From an uncultured Alphaproteobacteria bacterium (GTDB lineage Bacteria > Pseudomonadota > Alphaproteobacteria > Rhizobiales > Beijerinckiaceae), in the NCBI GenBank assembly GCA_963751165.1, contig CAVVTP010000011.1, positions 164,995 to 228,994 of the forward strand: 64,000 nt of DNA, given 5' to 3'. How positions within the stretch are numbered: the first letter of the stretch is position 1; each line of letters opens with the position of its first letter. Made by a program: the position numbers and the translations under genes. Below are positions 10,386-20,640 of the stretch, piece by piece. The notes beneath the pieces were generated by a model. It ran no database searches. It was not told the origin of the DNA and saw only the letters and a program-made list of their open reading frames with translations.

Positions 10386-11320
10386 GAAACTCTCGATGTT
10401 GGGAGGCGAGCTATGCGATCGCGGTCCGGCGCCGTCAACGGCCGTGCCCCCGGGCGCGTTCCGCGCGGCCCAGAAAAAGGCTCTCTCTCCCGTAGATTTC
10501 GTTGGACCCCGTTCGTGAGGCGACGCCGCCGAGAACCAGATCATTTGGTCTCTGCCTGATGAAGCAGGATGCAGACCGGCTTCCACATCAAATAGGCGGT
10601 AGTTGTGTACGACACTCCTTCAGCCGCAGTGGCTTCACCGCCGCGGTTAAACTAACGTTCAAACTGGACCACTTATAGAGTGAGCCCGGCGAAGGGAATG
10701 CTCCGGAGGCGCTAAGGACGCCGCCCGGGTCCGCTGAGGTCGTTCTTCAAGTCTCCTTCGGGGCCCCTTATTGGGGTCCTAGAAGAGCGCAGACGCGAGC
10801 TCCGTATGGTGACAGGGATGGAAGACGTCAGTGTCGGCGGAGCAGGGGTTCAGGTTTCTCGAGGCGGCTAGGGCGATGCTGGTCAACGGAATTCTCGAAG
10901 AATTTCGGATTTCCGCGGGACGGAAAATCTAGAGGGACCGATTTTTTTGATCCTCCCACCCAGAAAGCGTTGATATGTATAGAATCGGCGCCATAGATGG
11001 AAGGGGATGGAAATGGCTGGAAGGGCTTTTCGGGCCTCCTTCGCGCGCAATCGTAGCTCGACTGCGTTTGGTTGCCCATCAGCACCGCTTAGTTGCAAGA
11101 CAAACGGCTTCTGCTTCGCCGAAAGCCGCCCACGAAATTTCAAAGAGAGGGGGTCGGAGCTTTCGTTCGCAGCGGGTCGGCGCCGCCGGGTGGCCAACTC
11201 AGCACGAGGGCGACGGGCTTTTGACACAGGCCCTTAGTTACGGCGAGTCAGCAGGCCAGATCTCGACAATGGATACGCACCGAACCATGCCCAGCCCGGC
11301 TTCAGCTCTCGAGTTCGAGC

Positions 11321-12226
11321 GTGCGTCCGATCAGCGTCGAACTGATCGCCGTGCTCGTCGCGGTCGCGGAGGGCTCGCCGCTCGTGCTCACGATCGACGA
11401 CGGCAGCGCCCTGCCCTCCGGGCCCTTCGAGGTCGCCCATCGTTCGCTGCAGTCCGGCCTACGGGCCTGGGTTGAGCGGCAGACCGGGCATCCGTTGGGC
11501 TATGTCGAGCAGCTTTACACATTTGCCGATTCCGATCGCCACGTTGCAGCCAACGGCGCGCGAGCGATTTCGATCAGCTATCTCGGGCTGATGCGGGAGG
11601 AGCGCGCGGCCGTCCCACGGGCTGCCTGGCGGCCCTGGTATCACTTTTTCCCCTGGGAGGACCATCGTGCGGGCTTCCCGGCACTTATCGTCGAGACCAT
11701 CGCGCCGGGTCTCAAACGCTGGATCGAGGCGGGAAACGACGGCACACAGCGCCGTGTCCGTGCAGCCATCGCGTTCGGCCTCGACGGACGACGCTGGAAC
11801 GAAGAGCTCGTCCTGCAGCGCTACGAGCTCCTGTACGAGACAGCGCTCATCGAAGAGGCGTGGCGGCGGAGCGGCCAGCGCGACGGTCCGGCTCTCGGCT
11901 GGTCGATGACCGGCGATCACCGCCGTATTCTGGCGACCGGCATCGCCCGTGTGCGGGCCAAGATCAAATACAATCCGGTTGTCTTCGAGCTCATGCCGCC
12001 TGTCTTCACCCTGCTGCAGCTCCAGCGTTGCGTGGAGGCGGTGTCCGGCTTCAAAGTGCACAAGCCAAACTTCCGGCGCGTCATCGAGCAGCAACAGGTC
12101 GTCGAGGAGACCGGCGAAACGGTGTCCGACACCGGCGGGCGACCCGCCAAGGCCTACCGCTTCCGCGCCGCAGTGCGCGAGGAGCGCGCCGCGGCGGGAA
12201 CCAAGCTGCCACTCGCCCCCTCTTGA
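11321..12226 (+). CDS. nrtR: NrtR-like Nudix-related transcriptional regulator (degenerate Nudix domain plus C-terminal winged-helix), upstream of nadABC
   Basis: 301 aa. The N-terminal half is Nudix-like without an intact Nudix box. The C-terminal region is basic and helical. Position immediately upstream of nadA-nadB-nadC matches the known NrtR regulon arrangement. The GTG start at 11321 has a weak SD, so the start is uncertain. Confidence 0.5.
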   Translation: MRPISVELIAVLVAVAEGSPLVLTIDDGSALPSGPFEVAHRSLQSGLRAWVERQTGHPLGYVEQLYTFADSDRHVAANGARAISISYLGLMREERAAVPRAAWRPWYHFFPWEDHRAGFPALIVETIAPGLKRWIEAGNDGTQRRVRAAIAFGLDGRRWNEELVLQRYELLYETALIEEAWRRSGQRDGPALGWSMTGDHRRILATGIARVRAKIKYNPVVFELMPPVFTLLQLQRCVEAVSGFKVHKPNFRRVIEQQQVVEETGETVSDTGGRPAKAYRFRAAVREERAAAGTKLPLAPS

Positions 12227-12283
12227 CAGCGCTTATTCTCATGATAAGTATATCTTCGGATATGCTCATTTTGAGTATAACGC
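12223..12283 (+). promoter_or_regulatory. nadA promoter region with a TTGACA -35 element and an imperfect palindrome ATGAtaagTATATCttcgGATATgcTCAT, a candidate NrtR operator
   Basis: An AT-rich 60-bp island within a GC-rich genome. TTGACA at 12223-12228. An inverted repeat spans 12241-12269 and ends 15 bp before the nadA ATG. Confidence 0.4.
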
Positions 12284-13264
12284 ATGACCCTCCTCGACAC
12301 CCAGTCCGCTGCCGGCGCCCTCTACCAGCGCGTCAGCCACGTCGTCACCCCGATGGAATGGCCCGACTTCGAGGCCGACATCGACGCGATCCTGCGCCTC
12401 AAGCGCGAGCGTGAGGCGATCATCCTCGCGCACAACTATCAGTCGCCAGAGATCTTCCACTGCGTCGCCGATGTGGTCGGCGACAGTCTGGCGCTCGCGC
12501 GCGAAGCCGCGAAAAGCGAGGCGAGCGTCATCGTCATGGCCGGCGTCCACTTCATGGCCGAGACGGCGAAGCTCCTGAATCCGACGAAGACCGTGCTGAT
12601 CCCCGACGCGAAGGCCGGCTGCTCGCTCGCCGAGTTGATCGCGCCCGAGGACATCGCGCTCTTGCGGCAGGCCTACCCGGGCGCGCCTGTCGTCACGTAT
12701 GTCAACACCTCGGCGGCGGTGAAGGCGGCCTCCGACATCTGCTGCACCTCCGCCAACGCGGTAAGGGTGGTCGAGTCGCTCGGCGTCCCGCGGGTCATCA
12801 TGATCCCCGACGAATATCTTGCCAAGAACGTCGCGGCCCAGACCCAGGTCGAGATTATCGCCTGGCGCGGGCGCTGCGAGGTGCACGAGCAGTTCACCGC
12901 ACGCGATATTCGCGAATTGCGCGAGGCCTATCCAGGCGCGGTCGTGCTTGCCCATCCGGAATGCTCGCCGGAGGTGGTCGCCGAAGCGGATTTCGCCGGG
13001 TCGACCGCCGACATGATCGGCTACGTCGGTCGGAATCGGCCGGCGCGGGTGGCGTTGGTGACGGAGTGCTCGATGAGCGCCAACGTCTCGGTCCACTACC
13101 CCGAGATCGACTTCGTTCGCCCTTGCGCGCTCTGTCCGCACATGAAGCGGATTACGCTGCCCAAGATCCGCCGCGCGCTCGAAACGATGCAGGACGAGGT
13201 CACGATCGACCCTGCGGTCGCCGCGCCGGCTCGCCGCGCCGTCGACCGGATGCTGGCGCTATGA
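12284..13264 (+). CDS. nadA: Quinolinate synthase
   Basis: 326 aa. Contains the HNYQ...H.ECSPEV...C..M motifs and is collinear with NadA. Confidence 0.9.
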   Translation: MTLLDTQSAAGALYQRVSHVVTPMEWPDFEADIDAILRLKREREAIILAHNYQSPEIFHCVADVVGDSLALAREAAKSEASVIVMAGVHFMAETAKLLNPTKTVLIPDAKAGCSLAELIAPEDIALLRQAYPGAPVVTYVNTSAAVKAASDICCTSANAVRVVESLGVPRVIMIPDEYLAKNVAAQTQVEIIAWRGRCEVHEQFTARDIRELREAYPGAVVLAHPECSPEVVAEADFAGSTADMIGYVGRNRPARVALVTECSMSANVSVHYPEIDFVRPCALCPHMKRITLPKIRRALETMQDEVTIDPAVAAPARRAVDRMLAL

Positions 13265-14796
13265 CCGCCGAATGGCTCCGCGGTCGCGTCGTCATCGTCG
13301 GCGCGGGCATCGCCGGTCTGATGACCGCGCTGTCGCTCGCGCCACGTCCGGTGGTTCTGCTCAGCAAAGCGCTCCTCGGGGCGGAAGGCTCGACCCTGCT
13401 GGCGCAAGGCGGGATGGCGGCGGCGCTCGGGCCCGACGACAGGCCTGCCCTTCACGCAGCCGATACGATCGCCGCCGGCGACGGGCTCTGTGACGTTTCG
13501 ATCGTCGAGCTGTTCACCCGCGCCGCCCCCGCCGCGATCGAAAGCCTCGCCCGGCTCGGCGCGCGTTTCGACCGGACGCGCGACAGCGGCTTCGCGCTCG
13601 GCTTGGAGGCCGCCCACGCGCGACGGCGCATTGCCCATGCCGGCGGTGACGGCGCAGGGCGCGAAGTCATGCGCGCCCTCGCGGCGGCGACTCGCGCGAC
13701 GCCCTCGATCACGGTTCTGGAGGGCCTCGAGGCGCGTCGCCTCGTCGTCGAGGACAATGCCGTGCGCGGCGTGATCGCAGTCGGAGCCTCAGGGCCGGTC
13801 CTTCTCCCCACCAGTGCGGTCGTGATCGCCACCGGCGGGATCGGCGGACTCTACGACGACAGCACCAATCCGCGCGGCAGCTTCGGACAAGGCCTGGCGC
13901 TCGCGGCGCGCGCTGGCGCCGAACTCGTGGACCTGGAGTTCGTGCAGTTCCACCCGACCGCGCTCGACGTCGCAGTTCGGCCGACGCCGCTGGTCAGCGA
14001 GGCGGTGCGCGGCGACGGCGCGATCCTCGTCGACGATGCGGGTTGTCGGTTCATGGCGGATGTCCCGGGCGCCGAGCTCGCGCCGCGCGACGTCGTGGCT
14101 CGCGCCATCGCCGCAGAGTGCGCGAAAGGCCGGCGCATCTTCCTCGACACGCGCGCGGCGATCGGGGCGCGGTTTCCGGAGCGCTTCCCGGCCATCGCCG
14201 CAGCCTGCCGCGCCGCCGGCATCGATCCGACGCGCGAGCCGATCCCGGTCCGCCCCGCGCAACACTATCATATGGGCGGAATCGCCGTGGACGCCGAGGG
14301 CCGCAGCTCCATCTCGGGCCTTTGGGCCTGTGGCGAAGCGGCCTCGACCGGCCTGCACGGCGCGAACCGGCTGGCGAGCAATTCGCTGTCCGAGGCGGCC
14401 GTGTTCAGCCCAATCCTCGCCCGCTCGATCGAAGCCGCGCCCTCGCGCTCGCCCGCTCGGCTTCGTCCCACCCCGACGATCCCTCCAGCCGATCCGGCGC
14501 CGGTGCGGCCGATGTTTGCTGGCGCCGCCGGCGTCACCCGCGACGGCGCGACGCTCGCCGCCGCCGTCGGCCCGCTCGCAGTCCTCGCCGCGACGGGCTC
14601 GCCGGCTGCCGATCCCGCCGCAGTTGCGCTAATGATCACCGTCTCGGCGCTGAAGCGCGGGCATAGCATCGGCGCCCACAAGCGGGTCGACTTCCCGGAG
14701 CGGGCGGCCGAGCCGCGTCGTTCGCGGCTGACCCTAAGCGAAGCCTTCGCCGAGGCCGCTGCGTTTGCCCCCAATATCCGCGCACGGAGAGCCTGA
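13261..14796 (+). CDS. nadB: L-aspartate oxidase
   Basis: ATG at 13261 overlaps the nadA stop (ATGA). FAD-binding [11 protein letters not shown]. Collinear with NadB. The listed ORF 12961-14796 is the same frame extended upstream. Confidence 0.85.
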   Translation: MTAEWLRGRVVIVGAGIAGLMTALSLAPRPVVLLSKALLGAEGSTLLAQGGMAAALGPDDRPALHAADTIAAGDGLCDVSIVELFTRAAPAAIESLARLGARFDRTRDSGFALGLEAAHARRRIAHAGGDGAGREVMRALAAATRATPSITVLEGLEARRLVVEDNAVRGVIAVGASGPVLLPTSAVVIATGGIGGLYDDSTNPRGSFGQGLALAARAGAELVDLEFVQFHPTALDVAVRPTPLVSEAVRGDGAILVDDAGCRFMADVPGAELAPRDVVARAIAAECAKGRRIFLDTRAAIGARFPERFPAIAAACRAAGIDPTREPIPVRPAQHYHMGGIAVDAEGRSSISGLWACGEAASTGLHGANRLASNSLSEAAVFSPILARSIEAAPSRSPARLRPTPTIPPADPAPVRPMFAGAAGVTRDGATLAAAVGPLAVLAATGSPAADPAAVALMITVSALKRGHSIGAHKRVDFPERAAEPRRSRLTLSEAFAEAAAFAPNIRARRA

Positions 14797-14797
14797 C

Positions 14798-15649
14798 ATG
14801 CCGCTCGTCCCGCTTCCCACTCTGCTCATCGAGCCGCTCGTGCGGCAGTCCCTCGTCGAGGACCTCGGTCGCGCCGGTGACATCACAACCGACGCCATTG
14901 CGCCCGCCGACAAGATCCTCCGCAGTGTCATGAATGCTCGACAGGTGGGGGTCGTGGCCGGGCTTGACCTCGCCGCCCTCGCTTTCCGGCTGATCGACCC
15001 GGCGATCCGCCTTGCACCGGAGGTGACCGACGGCGCGTCAGTCGCGCCAGGCGCGACGATCGCTTCTGTCGTCGGCCCGGCGCGCGGCGTGCTGACCGCC
15101 GAGCGCACGGCGCTCAACTTCATGAGCCGGCTGAGCGGCGTCGCGACCGCCACAGCAAGGTTGTCGCGATCGATCGCCCACACCAAGGCGCGCATTGTCT
15201 GCACCCGAAAGACGACGCCCCTGTTACGCGCGGTCGAGAAATACGCGGTGCGCGCGGGTGGCGGCGCCAATCACCGCTTCGGGCTAGACGACGCAGCGCT
15301 GATCAAGGACAACCACATCGCCATTGCCGGGTCGGTCGGCGAGGCGATCCGCCGCGTCCGCGCTCATGTCGGGCATCTCGTCAAGATCGAGGTCGAGGTC
15401 GATACGCTGGCGCAGCTCGACGAGGCGCTCGGCGCCCGCGCCGACGCGATCCTGCTCGACAATATGTCGCTCGACGACTTGCGCCGAGGCGTGGCGATAA
15501 TCGGCGGCCGGGCGATCAGCGAGGCCTCCGGCCGCGTGACTCCGGAAACAGCGCCCGCTATCGCCGAGACCGGCGTCGACCTCATCTCCGTCGGCTGGCT
15601 CACCCACAGCGCGCCAATCCTCGACATCGGTCTGGACACTGTGGCCTAG
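14798..15649 (+). CDS. nadC: Nicotinate-nucleotide pyrophosphorylase (quinolinate phosphoribosyltransferase)
   Basis: Starts MPLVPLPTLLIEPLVRQSLVED, 2 nt after the nadB stop. Collinear with NadC (about 283 aa). Confidence 0.85.
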   Translation: MPLVPLPTLLIEPLVRQSLVEDLGRAGDITTDAIAPADKILRSVMNARQVGVVAGLDLAALAFRLIDPAIRLAPEVTDGASVAPGATIASVVGPARGVLTAERTALNFMSRLSGVATATARLSRSIAHTKARIVCTRKTTPLLRAVEKYAVRAGGGANHRFGLDDAALIKDNHIAIAGSVGEAIRRVRAHVGHLVKIEVEVDTLAQLDEALGARADAILLDNMSLDDLRRGVAIIGGRAISEASGRVTPETAPAIAETGVDLISVGWLTHSAPILDIGLDTVA

Positions 15650-15683
15650 ACTAAACCGGCTTCCAGTCACATTATTCTTCGGG

Positions 15684-16250
15684 TCAGCGCCTCGACGCCG
15701 AACGCCGGTTCGATTGCCCCGGGCATAAAGATCGTCCCGAATGACGAGCTTCATTCCCCAGCGCGAACTCCAAGTTCTCCTCCGTCAACCCGACCCTTAG
15801 CCGACCAAGGGGTTCACCACCGCAATGTTCGCGACGCGGTTGAAGTCGCGATCCGCCGACCAAAGCTCGCCCCCCATGCTGCTTACAAGAGTTCGCGATG
15901 CGCGCATCGGGAACCTGAGCCCCGGCAATTCGTCCGGCGACGATCAGCGCCCGCAACGACGGCCAGTGGGCTTCCCACTCAGCCAAGAGCACGAGCGTGG
16001 GCGCCTCGAGCCAAGCGTCCGCCCTGTCGAGCGCCCGGCGCAAGCGCGTTGGAGGCGCGTAGATGCGGGGATGGGTGACAGTAGCGAGAAACTCGTGAGT
16101 GCATGGCCAGGGGATCGACCACGTCACCGGTCCCTCCGTGAGTTCCGCAATTCGCTTCGAAGCAGCATCGTGAAACGGCGAGTCCTCGCGATGAGCGTGG
16201 CGGGAATGTTCGTGTCGACGGCGATCAAGCGCCGCGAACTCTCATAGCCC
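15684..16250 (-). CDS. PIN-domain (VapC-like) toxin, disrupted by a frameshift near 16127
   Basis: The PIN N-terminal motif LIAVDTNI is in the 16124-16459 ORF frame. The continuation (....QVPDARIAN...) is in the 15684-16127 frame. Sits next to a VapB-like antitoxin. Confidence 0.35.
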
Positions 16251-16253
16251 AGT

Positions 16254-16481
16254 TCACACAGCTTGTCCCACGACGCGTCGTGGAGAAAACTGGCTGAAGC
16301 CCCCTGCCCTTGAAGCTGGCGTGGCGCAGCTTGAAGGGCGCGGTTGGCCTTGTCTCCGCGACGACACGACGAAGCCCCGCTCCACGCACAAGCGCAGCGT
16401 GACTCCCTCGCGCTCAGGAAGCTTGTGGACCTCGCGAAGAAGCGGATCGGAAACTTCAATCCTCGTCTTCATGGTCCTCAC
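16254..16481 (-). CDS. VapB-family antitoxin-like small protein
   Basis: N-terminus MKTRIEVSDPLLREVHKLPEREGVTLR resembles VapB/RHH-type antitoxins. The C-terminus appears frameshifted. Confidence 0.4.
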   Translation of the reverse strand: MRTMKTRIEVSDPLLREVHKLPEREGVTLRLCVERGFVVSSRRQGQPRPSSCATPASRAGGFSQFSPRRVVGQAV

Positions 16482-16592
16482 GTATGGGACAAGCTATATG
16501 GCCGCCCATACTCTAGATTGTTGGGCCCAGGGAGCAAGTCGCCGCGCTCTGTGGATGTCTGGCGACCATCGATTTCGCTGCTTGCGCGACTG

Positions 16593-19500
16593 TCACCGGA
16601 AATTTCGCCCCGCCGGCATCGCGCGCCTCGCCTCGATGATCTCGGATGCGATATCGGCTGGCGCATGCGGCGCGTCGAGCCGCGGCGTCTGGGCGAACCT
16701 GTTGCCCTGGCGCTTCTGCGCCATCGTCAGCTGCGGCCGTTTGACTTCGTCGGCGCGGGCAGTCGCCGCGATCGTCTCTCCTGCCTCCGACAGGAGCCCG
16801 AGCCACGGCGTCAGGTCCTCCATGCGGTCGGCGACGACGTGGACGACGCCCTGCTCGTTCTGCAGCTTCCCGGTGACGGCGACGAAGCGGGCGCCGAGCA
16901 CGATTGCGCGCAGGCGCTCGAACGCCTTCGGCCAGACGATGACGTTGGCGACGCCCGTCTCGTCCTCGAGCGTCATGAAGATGACGCCCTTGGCGGTGCC
17001 GGGCCGCTGGCGCACCAGCACGAGGCCTGCGACAGTCACGCGCTCGCCGCTCTTTGCCGAGGCAAGCGCCTCCGAGCGCAGGATTCCCCGCGCGGCGAGG
17101 CGGGCGCGCATGAACGAGGTCGGATGGGCCTTCAAGGACAGCGACAGGCGCCGGTAGTCCTCGACCACATGCGTCCCGAGCGGCATCGGCGGCAATTTCG
17201 CGTCGGGCTCCGCCTCGCGTCCGGGCCGCGAGGCGGCGAACAGCGGCAGGTCGTCCTGGTCGCCGACCCGGTCAAGGCCGCGCACCGCCCACAGGGCCTG
17301 GCGCCGGTTGAGGCCGAGCGAGCGGAAGGCGTCGGCGTCGGCGAGCTTTTCGAGCGTGGCGGCGCCGAGGCCGCTCCTGAGCCAGAGGTCGCGCACCGAA
17401 TCGTAGCCTTCTCCTCGCCGCTCGACCAGACGGCGCATGTCGTCCTCCTTAACCCCGACAACCTGCCGCAAGCCAAGGCGCACGGCACGAGTTCGCGCGG
17501 ATGAAAGGCGCCATCGAGGCGTGGCGGGGGTGGATGTTTCCCTTCTCCCGCTCGCGGGAGAAGGTGTCGCCGAAGGCGACGGATGAGGGCTTTGCGCCCT
17601 CGCCCTCACCCCCGACCCCTCTCCCGCAAGGGGGAAAGGGGAGAGACTCCAGCGTGCAGTCCCAGTCCGACAGGTTGACATCGACCTCGCGCAATTCGAC
17701 GCCGTGCTCGCGCGCGTCGCGCACGAGCTGGGCGGGCGCGTAGAAGCCGAGCGGCTGGGAGTTGAGCATCGCGGCGGCGAAGACGTCGGGGTAGCGGCAT
17801 TTCATCCAACACGAGGCGTAGACGAGAAGCGCGAAGCTCGCCGCGTGGCTCTCGGGGAAGCCGTATTCGCCGAAACCCTCGATCTGGCGGAAGCAGCGCT
17901 CGGCGAAGTCGCGATCGTAGCTCCTGGCCGCCATGCCCTCGATCATCTTGTCCTGAAACGTCTGGATCGTGCCAACCCGGCGGAAGGTCGCCATGGCGCG
18001 GCGCAGCCGGTCGGCTTCCGAGGGCGTGAAGCCGGCCGCGACGATGGCGATCTTCATCGCCTGCTCTTGGAAGAGCGGCACGCCGAGCGTCTTCTTCAGG
18101 ACCGCCTCGAGCTCCCGCGAGGGATAGACGACCTCCTCGAGCCCCTGCCGGCGACGCAGATAAGGGTGCACCATGTCACCCTGGATCGGGCCAGGCCGCA
18201 CGATCGCGACCTCGATGACGAGGTCATAGAACGTCTCGGGCCTGAGGCGCGGAAGCATCGACATCTGCGCCCGGCTCTCGATCTGAAACACGCCGATCGT
18301 GTCGGCGCGCTGGATCATCGCGTAGACGCAAGCCTCCTCCGGCGGGATGGTCGCGAGCGTCAGGCTCTCGCCATAATGTTTTCCAAGGAGATCGAGGCTC
18401 TTAGACAGCGCCGTCAGCATGCCGAGCGCGAGCACGTCGATCTTGAGGAGGCCGAGCGCGTCGAGATCGTCCTTGTCCCATTCAATGGTGGTGCGGTCCT
18501 CCATCGCGGCGTTCATGACGGGAACGACCTCGTCGAGCCGGTCGCGAGTGATGACGAAGCCACCGCTGTGCTGGGTGAGATGGCGTGGAAAGCCGGTCAA
18601 TTCCTCCGCCATTTCTAGCGCCAGCCTGAGCGTTGGATCGGCCGGATCGAGGCCCGCGGCGCGCGCCTCCTTCTCGCCGATCGGCGTCGAGCCGTGGCCC
18701 CAGGCGGTTCCGTTCAGCGCCGTGATCACGTCATCGGAAAGGCCGAACACTTTCGCCGTCTCGCGGATCGCCGAACGCGTCCGGTAGGTGGTCACCGCCG
18801 CGGCGAGCCCCGCCCGCTCGCGCCCGTAGCGCCGGTAGATGTACTGGATGACCTCCTCGCGCCGCTCATGCTCGAAATCGACGTCGATGTCCGGCGGCTC
18901 GTTGCGTTCGGGCGAGACGAAGCGCTCGAACAGGAGATCGAAGCGCGCCGGATCGACCTCGGTGATTCCGAGACAGAAGCAGACCGCCGAATTCGCCGCC
19001 GAGCCGCGGCCCTGGCATAGAATTCCGCGCGAGCGGGCGAAACGCACGATATCATGCACCGTGAGGAAATAGGGCGCATAGTCGAGCGAAGCGATGAGGG
19101 CGAGCTCGTGCTTCAGCACCTCGCGCGTCCTCTCTGGCACGCCCTCGGGATAGCGCGCCCTGGCGCCTTCGAGGGCGAAGGCTTCGAGCGCGGCCTGCGG
19201 GTCGGGAAAACCCTCGCGCAGCTCCTCCGGGTAGCTGTGCGCAAGTTCATCGAGGCTGAAAGCGAGGCCGTCGAGGAAGCTTATCGTCTCCTCGACCGCC
19301 GCCGGCGCCTCGGCGAACAGCCGCGCCATTTCGCGCGGGTCTTTCAGATGACGTTCGGCATTGGCCTGCGTCAGGCGGCCGGCGGCCTCGAGTATCGTCT
19401 TCTCGCGGATGCAGGCGACGACGTCGGCGAGCGCGCGTCGCTCGGGCGCATGCATCAGCGCGTCGTTGGTCGCAAGGAGCGGCGCGCCGAGCCTCTTCGC

Positions 19501-20144
19501 CAGCGTCGCGCGCCTCGCCAGCGCCCCCCGCATGTCCTCCCCGTAGGTCAGGCTCGCGCCGATCCACAAGCGCCGGCCGAAGGCTTCACGCAGGCGGCTG
19601 AGAATCTTGCCCTCACCCCCAACCCCTCTCCCGCATAGCCCGTTGAGAGACGGGCGTCTTTCGACGCCCTTTGCGGGAGAGGGGCGCGCGTCCCTTCTCC
19701 CGCTTGCGGGAGAAGGTGGCCCGAAGGGCCGGATGAGGGGAAGCGCCACGATCTGCAGCCCCGCGCCATGCTCGAGGAGATCCTCGACCTGTAGTCGGCA
19801 CTCGCCCTTCGGCGCGCGCAGGTTTCCCGCGGTGAGAACCCGGCAGAGCCGGCCGTAGGCCACGCGGTCCTTCGGATAGGCGAGGAGATCGGGCGTCCCG
19901 TCGTCGAATGCGAGCCGCACGCCCGGAGCGATCCGCATACCCATGAGCGCCGCCTTGTTCTCGCGGGCGAAGACATGCGCGCGCACGACGCCGGCAAGCG
20001 TGTTGCGGTCGGCGATCCCGATCCCGGCGAGCCCGAGCTCCGCCGCCCGCGCGACCATCTCCTCGGGATGCGAGGCCCCGCGCAGGAAGGAGAAATTCGT
20101 CATCGCCGCCAGCTCGGCGAAGTGCGGCTCGAGGCGGATCATTT
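16593..20144 (-). CDS. dnaE2: Error-prone DNA polymerase DnaE2 (ImuC), reconstructed from two ORFs (17449-20229 and 16593-17681). Contains two mosaic-repeat insertions, and the frame changes across the second one.
   Basis: N-terminal PHP domain [24 protein letters not shown], with AGGAAAAATG-type context directly after a repeat hairpin. The polymerase core and the C-terminal [16 protein letters not shown] are collinear with ImuC. Gene order imuA-imuB-dnaE2. Confidence 0.85.
17540..17646. repeat. Mosaic palindromic repeat, solo cargo-less copy: H1 hairpin CCCTTCTCCCGCTCGCGGGAGAAGG, H2 hairpin GTCGCCGAAGGCGAC, module GGATGAGGGC, inverted module, terminal hairpin CCCCTCTCCCGCAAGGGGG. Lies inside dnaE2 at the point where the reading frame changes.
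   Basis: Direct reading of the sequence. The same modules recur at 19606, 20147/20577, 20941, 24244 and 61975. Confidence 0.7.
19606..19745. repeat. Mosaic palindromic repeat copy read through in frame inside dnaE2. Encodes ...[40 protein letters not shown]...
   Basis: Modules CTTGCCCTCACCCC, CCCCTCTCCCGCA[loop GCCCGTTGAGAGACGGGC]GCGGGAGAGGGG, CCCTTCTCCCGCTTGCGGGAGAAGG, GGCCCGAAGGGCC, GGATGAGGG. The 926-aa ORF runs through it without a stop. Confidence 0.7.
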
Positions 20145-20146
20145 TT

Positions 20147-20640
20147 CCCTTCTCCCGCTTGCGGGACAAGGCGGCGCGCCGAAGGCGCGCCTGATGAGGG
20201 CAAGAGCGCGCCTCACCATGACAAACCACATTTCGCGGCGATGGTCGCCAGCACGCTCTCGCGCGCCGTCAGAACGTCGCGATTACTGAATCGCAGGACC
20301 GTGTAGCCTTCGCGAGCGAGCCAGGCGACGCGAACAGAATCGCGTCGGCTCTCGGCATGTTGTGATCCATGCGCTTCCACGACGAGCCGGTGTGCGACGC
20401 AGAGGACGTCGACGATATAGGAGCCAATCGGCGCTTGCCGGCGAGACTTGAGCGCCTGCATGCGTCGGTCGCGCAGGGCGTACCAGAACCGCCGTTCGGC
20501 GTCGGTCGGATCGGTGCGCATCGTACGCGCGCGGGATTTTGCGGAAATGGGGACGTCGTTGCGCATGACTGTCTCCTCTCTTGCCCTCATCCAGCCGCGC
20601 TTCGCGCGCTCACCTCTCCCGCAAGCGGGAGAAGGGATCA
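20147..20640 (-). mobile_element. Candidate small mobile element: a DUF559 endonuclease gene flanked by terminal inverted repeats built from the mosaic-repeat modules, inserted between the imuB stop and the dnaE2 start
   Basis: Left end: CCCTTCTCCCGCTTGCGGGACAAGG, GGCGCGCCGAAGGCGCGCC, TGATGAGGGCAAGAG. Right end: CTCTTGCCCTCATCC, GCCGCGCTTCGCGCGC, CCTCTCCCGCAAGCGGGAGAAGGG. These are the reverse-complement order of the same modules. Solo copies such as 17540-17646 have the identical ends with only about 5 bp between them. Confidence 0.5.
20213..20566 (-). CDS. DUF559 (Vsr-like very-short-patch-repair endonuclease fold) domain protein
   Basis: About 117 aa: [35 protein letters not shown]...[23 protein letters not shown]...[22 protein letters not shown] matches the DUF559 family. 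Strong SD GAGAGGAGA 6 nt upstream. Same strand as imuB and dnaE2, so it can be co-transcribed from the LexA-controlled promoter. Confidence 0.7.
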   Translation of the reverse strand: MRNDVPISAKSRARTMRTDPTDAERRFWYALRDRRMQALKSRRQAPIGSYIVDVLCVAHRLVVEAHGSQHAESRRDSVRVAWLAREGYTVLRFSNRDVLTARESVLATIAAKCGLSW

